From positions 96,001 to 160,000 of IMG/VR virus record IMGVR_UViG_3300022701_000122: a DNA stretch of 64,000 bases. One strand, given 5' to 3'. Made by a program: the position numbers and the translations under genes. The notes beneath the pieces are model-generated. The model searched no databases. It saw only the letters and a program-made list of their open reading frames with translations, and was not told the origin of the DNA. Below, one piece after another: positions 29,697-38,372 of the stretch. The first letter of the stretch is position 1. The number at the start of each line of letters is the position of its first letter. The stretch is from a virus.

Positions 29697-31988
29697 ATGA
29701 CTGTAAAATGTGAAATTTGTGGAAGAGAATTTGAAAAAGTATTGGGTTTATCGAGACATATTGCTCATGCTATTAAAAATGATAATGTACGACATAATGG
29801 GATAACTGTAAGAGAATATTATGATAAATATATAAAAATTGATGAGAATGAAGGGATATGTCCAACTTGTGGATCAGAAACAGATTTTAAATCTATGGGG
29901 CGAGGTTATTCTAAATATTGTCCAAATAGAAAATGTTTAAGAATGAGTAAAGAAACTATAAATAAAAGAAAACAAACTAATTTAGAAAAATATGGTGTTG
30001 AAAACCCATTATCAAATAAAGAAGTTCAAGAAAAACGAAAACAAACATTTATTAAAAATTATGGAGTAGATAACCCATTAAAAAATAAAGATATTCAAAA
30101 AAAAGTAAAAAGGACTTGTTTAGAAAAATATGGTGTTGAAAACCCATTATCAAATAAAGAAGTTCAAGAAAAACGAAAACAAACAATGGTTAGACGATAT
30201 GGTGTTGAAATATCGATTCAAAATAAAGAAATAAAAGATAAAATAAAGAAAACTAATATAGAGCGATATGGTGTAGATAATCCTGGAAAGTCTAAACAAG
30301 TTCAAGAAAAAATGAAGAAGACTAATATAGAACGACATGGTGTAGAAAATGTGTTTATGATAGATTCTTTTCAAGAAAAAAGAAAGAAATCAATGATTAA
30401 AAAATATGGTGCAGAATATCCAATTCAAAATAAAGAAATAAAAAATAAAATAAAGAAAACTAATATAGATCGATATGGTGTAGAAAACCCATTACAAAAT
30501 AAAGAAATAAAAGATAAAATAAAGAAAACTAATTTAGAACGGTATGGTACTGAATTTGGTCTTTCTTCAGAAGAAGTAAGAAAAAAAATTGAACAAACAA
30601 ATACGGATAGATATGGTGTTAAGTCAACTCTTTCAGTTCCAGAAGTTCAAGAAAAAATAAGACAGACTAATATTAAAAGATATGGTGTAGAATATCCGAT
30701 TCAGAATAAAGAAATAAAAGATAAAATAAAGAAAACTAATTTAGAGCGATATGGTGTAGATAATGTGTTTATGTCTGACAAAATAAAGAAGCGAATTAAA
30801 GAAATTAATTTAGAACGATATGGTATAGAATATCCAGCTAAAAACAAAGAAATTTATGATAAAGTTAGAAAAACAAATATGAAGAGATATGGAGTAAGAA
30901 ACTATTCACAATCAAACGAATATAAAGAAAAAATTCAAAAATATTGGTTTAACAGATTAATGAGTAATAAAACTATATTATCCAAAGTTGAACCATTATT
31001 TACTATAGATGATTTTGATGGTTTTTCAGATGGTCAAGAGTACACATTTAAATGTAAAAAATGTGATTCTATTTTTAATGGTAGAATAACAAATGGGTTA
31101 ATTCCAAGATGTTATACATGTTATCCGTCTCATGGTACATCAATAGGTGAAAGAGAAATATCTGAATTTTGTGAACAATATACAGAAGTTATAAATAATA
31201 GTAGATCTATATTAGAAGATGGAAAAGAAATAGATATATTTTTACCAGAATTTAATATTGGTATAGAATTTGATGGGTTATACTGGCATAGTGAATATAT
31301 TATAAATAAAGATTATCATCTTAATAAAACACTAAATGCTTTAGCTGTTGGGATTAATCTTATTCATATTTTTGAAGATGAGTGGTATTCCAAATCAGAA
31401 ATAATAAAGTCTATGTTGCTTTATAGAATGGGTAAAATAGAAAATAGAATATATGGAAGAAAATGTGAAATAAGAGAAGTATCTAAAAAAGATGAAATAA
31501 CATTTTTAGATAATAATCATATAAGCGGATACGTTGGATCAAAAATAGCTATTGGATTATATTATGAAGATGAACTTATATCAATAATGACATTTGGTAA
31601 ATCAAGATTTAATAAGAAATATAATTATGAACTAATACGATTTTGCAATAAATTATTTACTACTGTTATTGGTGGAGCATCAAAATTATTCAAATATTTT
31701 ATTTCAAATTATTCTATTTATTCTATTATTTCATATTGTAATATGAGATTTTCTACAGATGGCTTTTATTCAAAAATTGGGTTTGATTTAATTGATATTA
31801 GTAGACCAAATTATTTTTACGTTAATAGTAGTAATATACGTGAATCGAGAATTAAATATCAAAAACACAAATTAAAAGATAAATTAGAGACTTTTGATAA
31901 TAAATTAACAGAGTATGAGAATATGCAATTAAATGGATATTATAGAATTTATGATTGTGGAAATTTAGTTTATACATGGGAGAAGTGA
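29697..31988 (+). CDS. Free-standing Hef-like PD-(D/E)XK endonuclease: Zn-finger module, 14 x 23-aa repeats, Zn ribbon, nuclease, GNAT-like tail
   Basis: CEIC..H..H/CPTC module; KKTNLERYGVENP repeats; EIDIFLPEFNIGIEFDGLYWH; LIHIFEDEW. The ATG at 29697 has an aaggag RBS (track start 29646). Confidence 0.8.
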   Translation: MTVKCEICGREFEKVLGLSRHIAHAIKNDNVRHNGITVREYYDKYIKIDENEGICPTCGSETDFKSMGRGYSKYCPNRKCLRMSKETINKRKQTNLEKYGVENPLSNKEVQEKRKQTFIKNYGVDNPLKNKDIQKKVKRTCLEKYGVENPLSNKEVQEKRKQTMVRRYGVEISIQNKEIKDKIKKTNIERYGVDNPGKSKQVQEKMKKTNIERHGVENVFMIDSFQEKRKKSMIKKYGAEYPIQNKEIKNKIKKTNIDRYGVENPLQNKEIKDKIKKTNLERYGTEFGLSSEEVRKKIEQTNTDRYGVKSTLSVPEVQEKIRQTNIKRYGVEYPIQNKEIKDKIKKTNLERYGVDNVFMSDKIKKRIKEINLERYGIEYPAKNKEIYDKVRKTNMKRYGVRNYSQSNEYKEKIQKYWFNRLMSNKTILSKVEPLFTIDDFDGFSDGQEYTFKCKKCDSIFNGRITNGLIPRCYTCYPSHGTSIGEREISEFCEQYTEVINNSRSILEDGKEIDIFLPEFNIGIEFDGLYWHSEYIINKDYHLNKTLNALAVGINLIHIFEDEWYSKSEIIKSMLLYRMGKIENRIYGRKCEIREVSKKDEITFLDNNHISGYVGSKIAIGLYYEDELISIMTFGKSRFNKKYNYELIRFCNKLFTTVIGGASKLFKYFISNYSIYSIISYCNMRFSTDGFYSKIGFDLIDISRPNYFYVNSSNIRESRIKYQKHKLKDKLETFDNKLTEYENMQLNGYYRIYDCGNLVYTWEK
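29961..30926 (+). repeat. 14 tandem 69-nt (23-aa) coding repeats
   Basis: Consensus xKxKxTNxERYGVxNxxQNKEIK; two units share an exact stretch of about 66 nt (near 29981 and 30120). Confidence 0.92.
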
Positions 31989-31993
31989 TTTAA

Positions 31994-32149
31994 ATGGAAA
32001 ACGTAAATAAATATTTACTCGAAGATAAAAATAAAGATGAAAAGGATATAAGATATATAGTTAAAGAAATGATTCTTCTTAATTATAGAATGTCTGTATC
32101 ATTTATGAATTTTCAACTTAAGCAACTTAAATTATTTTTTAATAAATAA
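31994..32149 (+). CDS. Small hypothetical protein (51 aa, not in track)
   Basis: MENVNKYLLEDK...FNK* fills the gap between neighbouring genes. Confidence 0.4.
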   Translation: MENVNKYLLEDKNKDEKDIRYIVKEMILLNYRMSVSFMNFQLKQLKLFFNK

Positions 32150-32166
32150 AAAGGATGTGATTTGCT

Positions 32167-33066
32167 GTGACACAAGGTAGTTATAAGAAACGTAATCCCG
32201 AAGATGTTGTTCATAAATGTAGAGTTTGTGGATATGAAGCAACTAATTGGACTGATTTTAAGAAACATGTAACAAGATGGACAAAATATCATCCAACTCT
32301 TGAAAAATATTATATCCGATATATGAAGAACGATGGAGAAGGAATATGTGCTATTGATGGTTGTAATAATGAAACTGAATTTATAACAATTAATGGTGAT
32401 AAATCATATAAATTATATTGCAATGAACACTTTCCAAAACATGTTCAGATAAGAACTGATGAAGAAATAGAGCATAATAAGAAAGTATGTCAAATATGCG
32501 GAAAGGAAAATATAAAGAAGATTGGTGGTCATACATATCTATGTCATAAAATTACTGCTAAAGAATACTATGATAAATATTTAACGAAGTATGAAGATGA
32601 GAAAATATGTTCAGTATGTGGTCGAGATGTTACTTTTACTGGTAGAGTAACGGCAGGATATTATAGGACATGTACTCATCTTGGAGTATGTGCTAAATTA
32701 GATAAAGAGTACAAAAAGAAACAAAAATCTGTTTCATTAAAAAAATATGGAGTAGATAATCCTGCAAAATCTCCTGTAATAATTGAAAAAATAAAAAGAT
32801 CTACTAAAGAGAATAAGGATAAAGAGTTACGTAGATTAAAACTAAAGCTATCTAAACCAAATATATATGTATTAAATATAAAAGAATTTGCTGATAAACA
32901 TGATATTATAGAATCAAAAAGAAAAAATAGTAAAGAAGAATTAGAATGTATTATTAAAGAAGTTGATGATGATAATTCTGAATTAGAATGTAGTGATTCG
33001 AATGGAATAATTATAAAAAAATCAATAAAAAAAGATAAGACCATCTTCAATTTTGGAAAATTCTAA
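32167..33066 (+). CDS. Protein with two Zn-finger modules and one 23-aa repeat, no nuclease domain
   Basis: CRVC..H..H-YY-CAIDGC and CQIC..H..H-YYDKY-CSVC...GYYRTC; KKYGVDNPAKS; GTG start. Confidence 0.75.
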   Translation: MTQGSYKKRNPEDVVHKCRVCGYEATNWTDFKKHVTRWTKYHPTLEKYYIRYMKNDGEGICAIDGCNNETEFITINGDKSYKLYCNEHFPKHVQIRTDEEIEHNKKVCQICGKENIKKIGGHTYLCHKITAKEYYDKYLTKYEDEKICSVCGRDVTFTGRVTAGYYRTCTHLGVCAKLDKEYKKKQKSVSLKKYGVDNPAKSPVIIEKIKRSTKENKDKELRRLKLKLSKPNIYVLNIKEFADKHDIIESKRKNSKEELECIIKEVDDDNSELECSDSNGIIIKKSIKKDKTIFNFGKF

Positions 33067-33071
33067 CTGTT

Positions 33072-33263
33072 ATGAGAAATAAAGATATAAAGAATCTAAT
33101 AAAAAATAATATTACATGTAATAAATGTATTGGGTGTGGAAAAAAGTTTGTCACATTTGAAGATTATATGGATCATATGGAAAGATTTAAACAACGAGTT
33201 AAATTAATAATAGTTCTTAAAAAAATAATATTGAAAGCGATTGATTCTAATGATGATAACTAA
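33072..33263 (+). CDS. Small Zn-finger-like protein
   Basis: CIGCGKKFVTFEDYMDH. Confidence 0.55.
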   Translation: MRNKDIKNLIKNNITCNKCIGCGKKFVTFEDYMDHMERFKQRVKLIIVLKKIILKAIDSNDDN

Positions 33264-33579
33264 AGAAATTCAATACACTGAAAATGTACCTACATTCAAA
33301 ACTCGACAGTTAACTTTTCCAATATATTTAATATATGATATGACTAATAAAGATAATCCAAATGAACAAGAATGTTGTCTTTATTGGAGAATAGATGAGT
33401 TTTTAAATTGTACTAAAATATATATAAATGATTGTTTTGATAGCAAATCTATTACATTAGAATTTGAGCAAATAGACGGAACAAAATTAATAGAAATGAT
33501 GAATGAATATAATGAAACAAATGAATGTGATTTCAGATCAGCAATATGTGAATTAGAGAATAAGATGTTAAATTTGTGA
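33241..33579 (+). CDS. Hypothetical protein
   Basis: 112-aa ORF. Confidence 0.55.
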   Translation: MILMMITKEIQYTENVPTFKTRQLTFPIYLIYDMTNKDNPNEQECCLYWRIDEFLNCTKIYINDCFDSKSITLEFEQIDGTKLIEMMNEYNETNECDFRSAICELENKMLNL

Positions 33580-33581
33580 AA

Positions 33582-33753
33582 AAAACAAGCATTTACTTAT
33601 TACCCGAATAATTCGGTAAATGCTCTGGCGCACATACTTCACGCCAATTTCTCGTATAGGACCATGTACTCTCTGATATCCATGATCCCATTCGGGTTTA
33701 CGGTCAGGGCACCAATCTTGACAACGGGTGCTTTTATTAACTACATATATGTA
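33582..33753 (-). ncRNA. Unassigned structured RNA, probably on the minus strand
   Basis: Minus-strand hairpins gcacc/ggtgc, ggatcatg/catggtcc, ggcgtg/tgcgcc and agcatttac/gtaaatgct followed by Ts; upstream TATATATAT-N8-TACAT resembles motif B. Confidence 0.5.
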
Positions 33754-33843
33754 TCAGAGCCATATATATAGCACACTATAGAAAGTACAAATTTTCTATA
33801 GTGTTATTACTTAATATATAGTGAATTTATAAGGAGAAATTGT

Positions 33844-34107
33844 ATGAATAAGTTAAAATGTAGAGAGTGTGGAAAAGAGTTTAAAAATGTAGCTGCTACA
33901 AGTAGACATGTAACAAAAGAACATAATATGAAAGTTAAAGATTATTATGATAAATATTTTAAAGAAAATGGAGAAGATAAGTGTAAAAACGATCTTTGTG
34001 TTGGAGGTGGAAAGAACAGTTTTCTATCATTGGGTAGAGGGTACAATAATTGCTGTTGTACTAAGTGTGGATCAATATGGGGATTAAGTCGAAATAAGAA
34101 AGGGTAG
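33844..34107 (+). CDS. Stand-alone Zn-finger module (homologous to the nuclease N-terminus)
   Basis: CREC..H...H-YYDKY-C....C-FLSLGRGY..CC. Confidence 0.8.
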   Translation: MNKLKCRECGKEFKNVAATSRHVTKEHNMKVKDYYDKYFKENGEDKCKNDLCVGGGKNSFLSLGRGYNNCCCTKCGSIWGLSRNKKG

Positions 34108-34111
34108 ATTT

Positions 34112-34366
34112 ATGAATGATAAAACAAAGTGTAAACTATGTGAAAAAAAATTTGTAAATATATCAGAAATCAGTAAGCATATAATAAACGATCATAATAT
34201 TTCAGTTAAAGAATATTATGATCGTTTTTATAAGGAAGATGGAGAAGGAGAGTGTGCAAATATCATATGTGGAAAAGAAACAAGATTTTTGTCATTAGGT
34301 CGTGGATATAATTTATGTTGTAGTACTGGTTGTGGAATGGATTATGGTCGCTGGCAAAAAAACTAA
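34112..34366 (+). CDS. Stand-alone Zn-finger module
   Basis: CKLC..H...H-EYYDRFY-C...IC-ETRFLSLGRGYNLCC. Confidence 0.8.
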   Translation: MNDKTKCKLCEKKFVNISEISKHIINDHNISVKEYYDRFYKEDGEGECANIICGKETRFLSLGRGYNLCCSTGCGMDYGRWQKN

Positions 34367-34390
34367 ACCTTATTGGAGGACAAATTTTAA

Positions 34391-34639
34391 ATGATATGTC
34401 AGATATGCAAAAAGAGATATGATGATTCATATTGGTTTTTATATCATTTAACTAAAGGTTACAATGAGGGTACTCATTGTAGTCATCAAGAATATTATGA
34501 CAGATTCATGGCAATTGATGGGAATGATGTTTATTGCATTCGAAAAGGATGTGATAACTTATGTAAACTAATAGATGCTATATCTGGATATGAAGATTAT
34601 TGTTCAAAAGAATGTGAACAAAAAGATAAAAGGGTGTAA
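34391..34639 (+). CDS. Stand-alone Zn-finger module (divergent)
   Basis: CQIC..H...H-EYYDRF-C..KGC-GYEDYCSKEC. Confidence 0.75.
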   Translation: MICQICKKRYDDSYWFLYHLTKGYNEGTHCSHQEYYDRFMAIDGNDVYCIRKGCDNLCKLIDAISGYEDYCSKECEQKDKRV

Positions 34640-34645
34640 TAAATT

Positions 34646-36610
34646 ATGTATACATACTTGTCAGAAGAATACATTGAAGAATTTACTATGTTTTCTCCAG
34701 AAATAAAAGAAGCTGGTAAATATATTACTGTTTCTAAATTTCCAGTAAACATATTTAAAGCTGATCTAAAAAGGCAATATAATACTATAAAAATTGCCAA
34801 TGTTTTTGATCATGCTTTCTTATTCTTTGGAACTGGTAAATTAAGAATTCATAAATTCTTCTTACCAGAATTTGTATATCTTCTGACAATATTACCACCT
34901 TATCCCATCTATTCAAAAGTAAGAGAACTTATATATAGAGATACATGGATGGCAAATACTGTTAAGAATTTTTCATCCATAATTGATTATTCGGCTATAT
35001 CTAAAATGCTATTTACTCCAATGTCTCATCAGAAGAAGTTTATTGATTTATATCAAGATAGAAAACAAAAATTTCTTCTTAATGGATATATATTGGCATT
35101 TGACATGGGCCTCGGAAAAACTGCCACATCTTTATTTTTAATGGAAGGGTTACATAAAGATGTAGTAATCATCATTGCTCCAAAAAGTACCTTGTTACCC
35201 GTTTGGAGCAATGAGATTGATAATATATTTAAAGATCATAAAGAAAAATGGCTACCATTTGATAGACCAAAACCAGCAGATTTTTTTATTGTTAATTATG
35301 AATCCATAGATAAATTAAAAAATGTTTTACCATATTTAAGAAGAGCAAAAAATGTTGGTATAGTTGTTGATGAATGTCATAATTTCAGAAATGCTAAAAC
35401 AAAGAGAGTTCAAAATCTAAAGAAAATAGCCGATTTAACAAATTGTAAAGATATATTGTTAATGAGTGGTACTCCAATTAAAGCATTGGGAACTGAAATT
35501 ATACCAGTTCTTGAACTCATTGATCCATTTTTCGATGATGAGAGCAAAGTTGTATTCAAAAAAGCTTTTGGTGTAAATGTGCCAGTTGCACTCGATATTG
35601 TTAAGAATAGACTTGGTATAATGATGCATAGGAAGTTGAAGACAGAAGTTCTTAAGCTTCCAAAAAAATTTATAAAAGAAATAAAAATAAAAATAAGTAA
35701 TGGGATGGATTTTACTCTTGTATCTGTTAAGAAACAAGTTATGGATTTTATAGTTGAAAGAAAAGCATATTATGCCAAAAATATGTACAAATATAGAGCA
35801 GATTACAATGAATGTATTGTGTATCTTAGATCACAAATACCATATAATGATCCAGATTTTGTAGAATATAGAAAAATAGTCGATTATCTTACTAAAAAAG
35901 GTTATGATCGACAGAATCAAAAAGTTGTAGAAAAAGTTGCTTGGGCTAATAATTACGAAAAAGAAGTATTACGTCCATTATTAACATCAGAACTAAAAAA
36001 GAAATTTGATAAATCTAAATCTGCTGTAAAATATGTAGATTTGAAGATAATGGGTGAAGTCATAGGTGGATTGTTATCAAGACTTAGAGTAGCGATGTTT
36101 AAAGAGATGATAAATAATAGTCCAACTTGTAAAATAATAAATGATGCTAAGAAAAAAACAGTTATGTTTACAACTTATGTGGACGTTTTAAAAGAAGCAA
36201 ATAGTTATTTAAGAAGAAAATGTAAAAAAGATCCAATATTGATTTATGGAGATACAAGTAAGAATATAAAAACTGAATTAAGAAAATTTAAAGCCGATGA
36301 GACAATTAATCCACTTGTTGCAACAATTCAAACACTTTCAACTGGTGTTACGCTAGTTGAAGCAAATACTGTCATCTTTATAAATAAGCCTTGGAGAGAT
36401 GCAGATATGCAGCAAGCTACAGATCGAATATACCGCATTGGTCAGACGGATGATGTTTACATATATACATATACATTAGATACTGGAAATGAACCAAATC
36501 TTTCAACTCGAATGGATGATATATTAGCATGGTCTAAAGAGATGTTTGAAGGGATAGTTGGTGAAAAGGAAGCCGAACAAGTTATAAAAAGATTAGCTTA
36601 TAGAGGATAG
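34646..36610 (+). CDS. SNF2-family helicase with a leader-like N-terminus (YLSEEYIEE)
   Basis: HQ, AFDMGLGKT, NYE, VDECH, SGTP, STGVTLVEAN, QATDRIYRIGQ. Confidence 0.92.
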   Translation: MYTYLSEEYIEEFTMFSPEIKEAGKYITVSKFPVNIFKADLKRQYNTIKIANVFDHAFLFFGTGKLRIHKFFLPEFVYLLTILPPYPIYSKVRELIYRDTWMANTVKNFSSIIDYSAISKMLFTPMSHQKKFIDLYQDRKQKFLLNGYILAFDMGLGKTATSLFLMEGLHKDVVIIIAPKSTLLPVWSNEIDNIFKDHKEKWLPFDRPKPADFFIVNYESIDKLKNVLPYLRRAKNVGIVVDECHNFRNAKTKRVQNLKKIADLTNCKDILLMSGTPIKALGTEIIPVLELIDPFFDDESKVVFKKAFGVNVPVALDIVKNRLGIMMHRKLKTEVLKLPKKFIKEIKIKISNGMDFTLVSVKKQVMDFIVERKAYYAKNMYKYRADYNECIVYLRSQIPYNDPDFVEYRKIVDYLTKKGYDRQNQKVVEKVAWANNYEKEVLRPLLTSELKKKFDKSKSAVKYVDLKIMGEVIGGLLSRLRVAMFKEMINNSPTCKIINDAKKKTVMFTTYVDVLKEANSYLRRKCKKDPILIYGDTSKNIKTELRKFKADETINPLVATIQTLSTGVTLVEANTVIFINKPWRDADMQQATDRIYRIGQTDDVYIYTYTLDTGNEPNLSTRMDDILAWSKEMFEGIVGEKEAEQVIKRLAYRG

Positions 36611-36614
36611 ATTA

Positions 36615-37217
36615 TTGAAAATAGATGTGAAAGTTATTGGACATCAAAGATGTGGGAATAATTATTTAGCTAATTTAATAAAATTAAATTTTGGAGATGA
36701 TGTAGAAGTACAAAGTGATTTACACGGGATACTTAGCAGAGACAAAGTACAATATTGTGTTTATTATGTATATATTGTTAGAAGAATTGGACCAGTTATG
36801 AAATCTATGTATAAATTAAGAAATAGATTTGGTTTGAACGTTTCTTCTTATAATGAATTTAAAAAAACAAGATACAGAGATATGTGGTCTGAAAATATAA
36901 AATCGAAAAATGTTATAATAGATGGAAATAATAAATCTGATTATGTTAGTGATAGATTTAAGAAAAATAAACATACTCCTATACAATGGTATAACAAACA
37001 TGTATCGGATTGGGTTGATTTAAAAAGTGAATTCAAAAATATATGCATTATTCATTATGAAGATTTAATAATTAATTTTAATGGAACTATGAATAGAATA
37101 TCTGATTTTTTTGGTTTAGGAAAAAGAAAGAGTTTTAAAAATATAGATAAAAAAGTTGGTCCAAGAATAATTGATGATGAAGTAATAAATAAAAAATACA
37201 TAGATAAAATGAGGTAA
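36615..37217 (+). CDS. Sulfotransferase-domain protein 1
   Basis: 5'-PSB-like HQRCGNNYL, 3'-PB-like YIVR....MKSMY, IHYEDL; TTG start. Confidence 0.7.
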   Translation: MKIDVKVIGHQRCGNNYLANLIKLNFGDDVEVQSDLHGILSRDKVQYCVYYVYIVRRIGPVMKSMYKLRNRFGLNVSSYNEFKKTRYRDMWSENIKSKNVIIDGNNKSDYVSDRFKKNKHTPIQWYNKHVSDWVDLKSEFKNICIIHYEDLIINFNGTMNRISDFFGLGKRKSFKNIDKKVGPRIIDDEVINKKYIDKMR

Positions 37218-37221
37218 TTTA

Positions 37222-37842
37222 ATGCGAGAAATTGTAAAAGTATTTGGACATCAGCGAAGTGGAAACCATTATTTGAATCAGTTACTGAAATTAAATTTTG
37301 AAAAATTTATTAATATTAAAATAGAAACAAATCATAAATTACTTAAACCAGAAGATATAGATAAAAATATAAGTTATATTTATATAATTAGAAATAGAGA
37401 AGCTGTTTTGAAATCATTATTCAGAATGAAAGATAGTTATGGATTAGATATTGATAGTTATGAAAATTTTATATCAACAAGATATTGTGATATGTGGTCT
37501 GAAAATATTAAATCAAAAAGTAGAATGATTAGAAGAATTGATTCATCTCTTAATGAAACTGTAGAACATACAAGTGAGTGGTTTAGAAATATAAAACATA
37601 ATCCAATAAAATGGTATAACATTCATTGTAAGCATTGGGTTGATTTAAATCATAAATTTGATAATATTTATATAATCTATTATGAAGAAATTATAAAGCA
37701 TTTTAATGACACACTTGGAAATATAAGAAAATTTTTAGGAATAATTGAGAAAATAAAATTCAAAGATGTAAAGCTTAAAATTGGTCCAAGCAAAATTAAT
37801 GATAATAAAATTCATAATGATTATATCAAAAAGGCATCATAA
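37222..37842 (+). CDS. Sulfotransferase-domain protein 2 (paralog)
   Basis: HQRSGNHYL, YIIRNREAVLKS, IYYEEI; shares RYxDMWSENIKSK with the previous gene. Confidence 0.7.
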   Translation: MREIVKVFGHQRSGNHYLNQLLKLNFEKFINIKIETNHKLLKPEDIDKNISYIYIIRNREAVLKSLFRMKDSYGLDIDSYENFISTRYCDMWSENIKSKSRMIRRIDSSLNETVEHTSEWFRNIKHNPIKWYNIHCKHWVDLNHKFDNIYIIYYEEIIKHFNDTLGNIRKFLGIIEKIKFKDVKLKIGPSKINDNKIHNDYIKKAS

Positions 37843-38372
37843 TGTTTATATCAGAAGAATATATTAAAAACTTTTTTCATTATGAATATTGGCTTTCCAG
37901 AAATTTATGGAATGATAAAGTACATGAAGCCATGAAGACGTTTGGTGTCTTTTTTGATTTAGAAAATAATGATACTAATAAAGAACAAAGAAATATTACA
38001 ATTCCACAAGATAGATGGGAACATTCTAAGTGTAAATTTAGATGTGAAATGTGGGTTGCTGGTGGTGATTGGGAGTATCCAGTTCATTATTTTAGATGTC
38101 AATTAGCAGACGGTTATGCTTATGAATTGCGACAATATGGTGATCCATTTTTTATTTTTATACCAAATAAAGAAGAAGGTAACTCCCATCTTGTTGAAAT
38201 TGATAAGGGTAAAAATAAAGGTGATTTTAGAGCGCCTCATGATGGTGAAAAAGAATATGATCCAAAAGTAGATAAAAATCCAAGTAAACGTAAATGTTGG
38301 GAATCATTAAATAAATATTTGAAAAAATTGGTTGATATGGAAATTGAGAAGAATAAAAAGGGTAAAGAGTGA
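37842..38372 (+). CDS. Hypothetical protein with a leader (MFISEEYI)
   Basis: Shared N-terminal leader. Confidence 0.75.
   Translation: MFISEEYIKNFFHYEYWLSRNLWNDKVHEAMKTFGVFFDLENNDTNKEQRNITIPQDRWEHSKCKFRCEMWVAGGDWEYPVHYFRCQLADGYAYELRQYGDPFFIFIPNKEEGNSHLVEIDKGKNKGDFRAPHDGEKEYDPKVDKNPSKRKCWESLNKYLKKLVDMEIEKNKKGKE

Noticed and set aside
29961-30926. CRISPR array interpretation of the regular 69-nt periodicity (also 44829-45656)
   Set aside because: The repeats are in-frame degenerate coding units inside ORFs, with no invariant repeat/unique spacer pattern and no cas genes.
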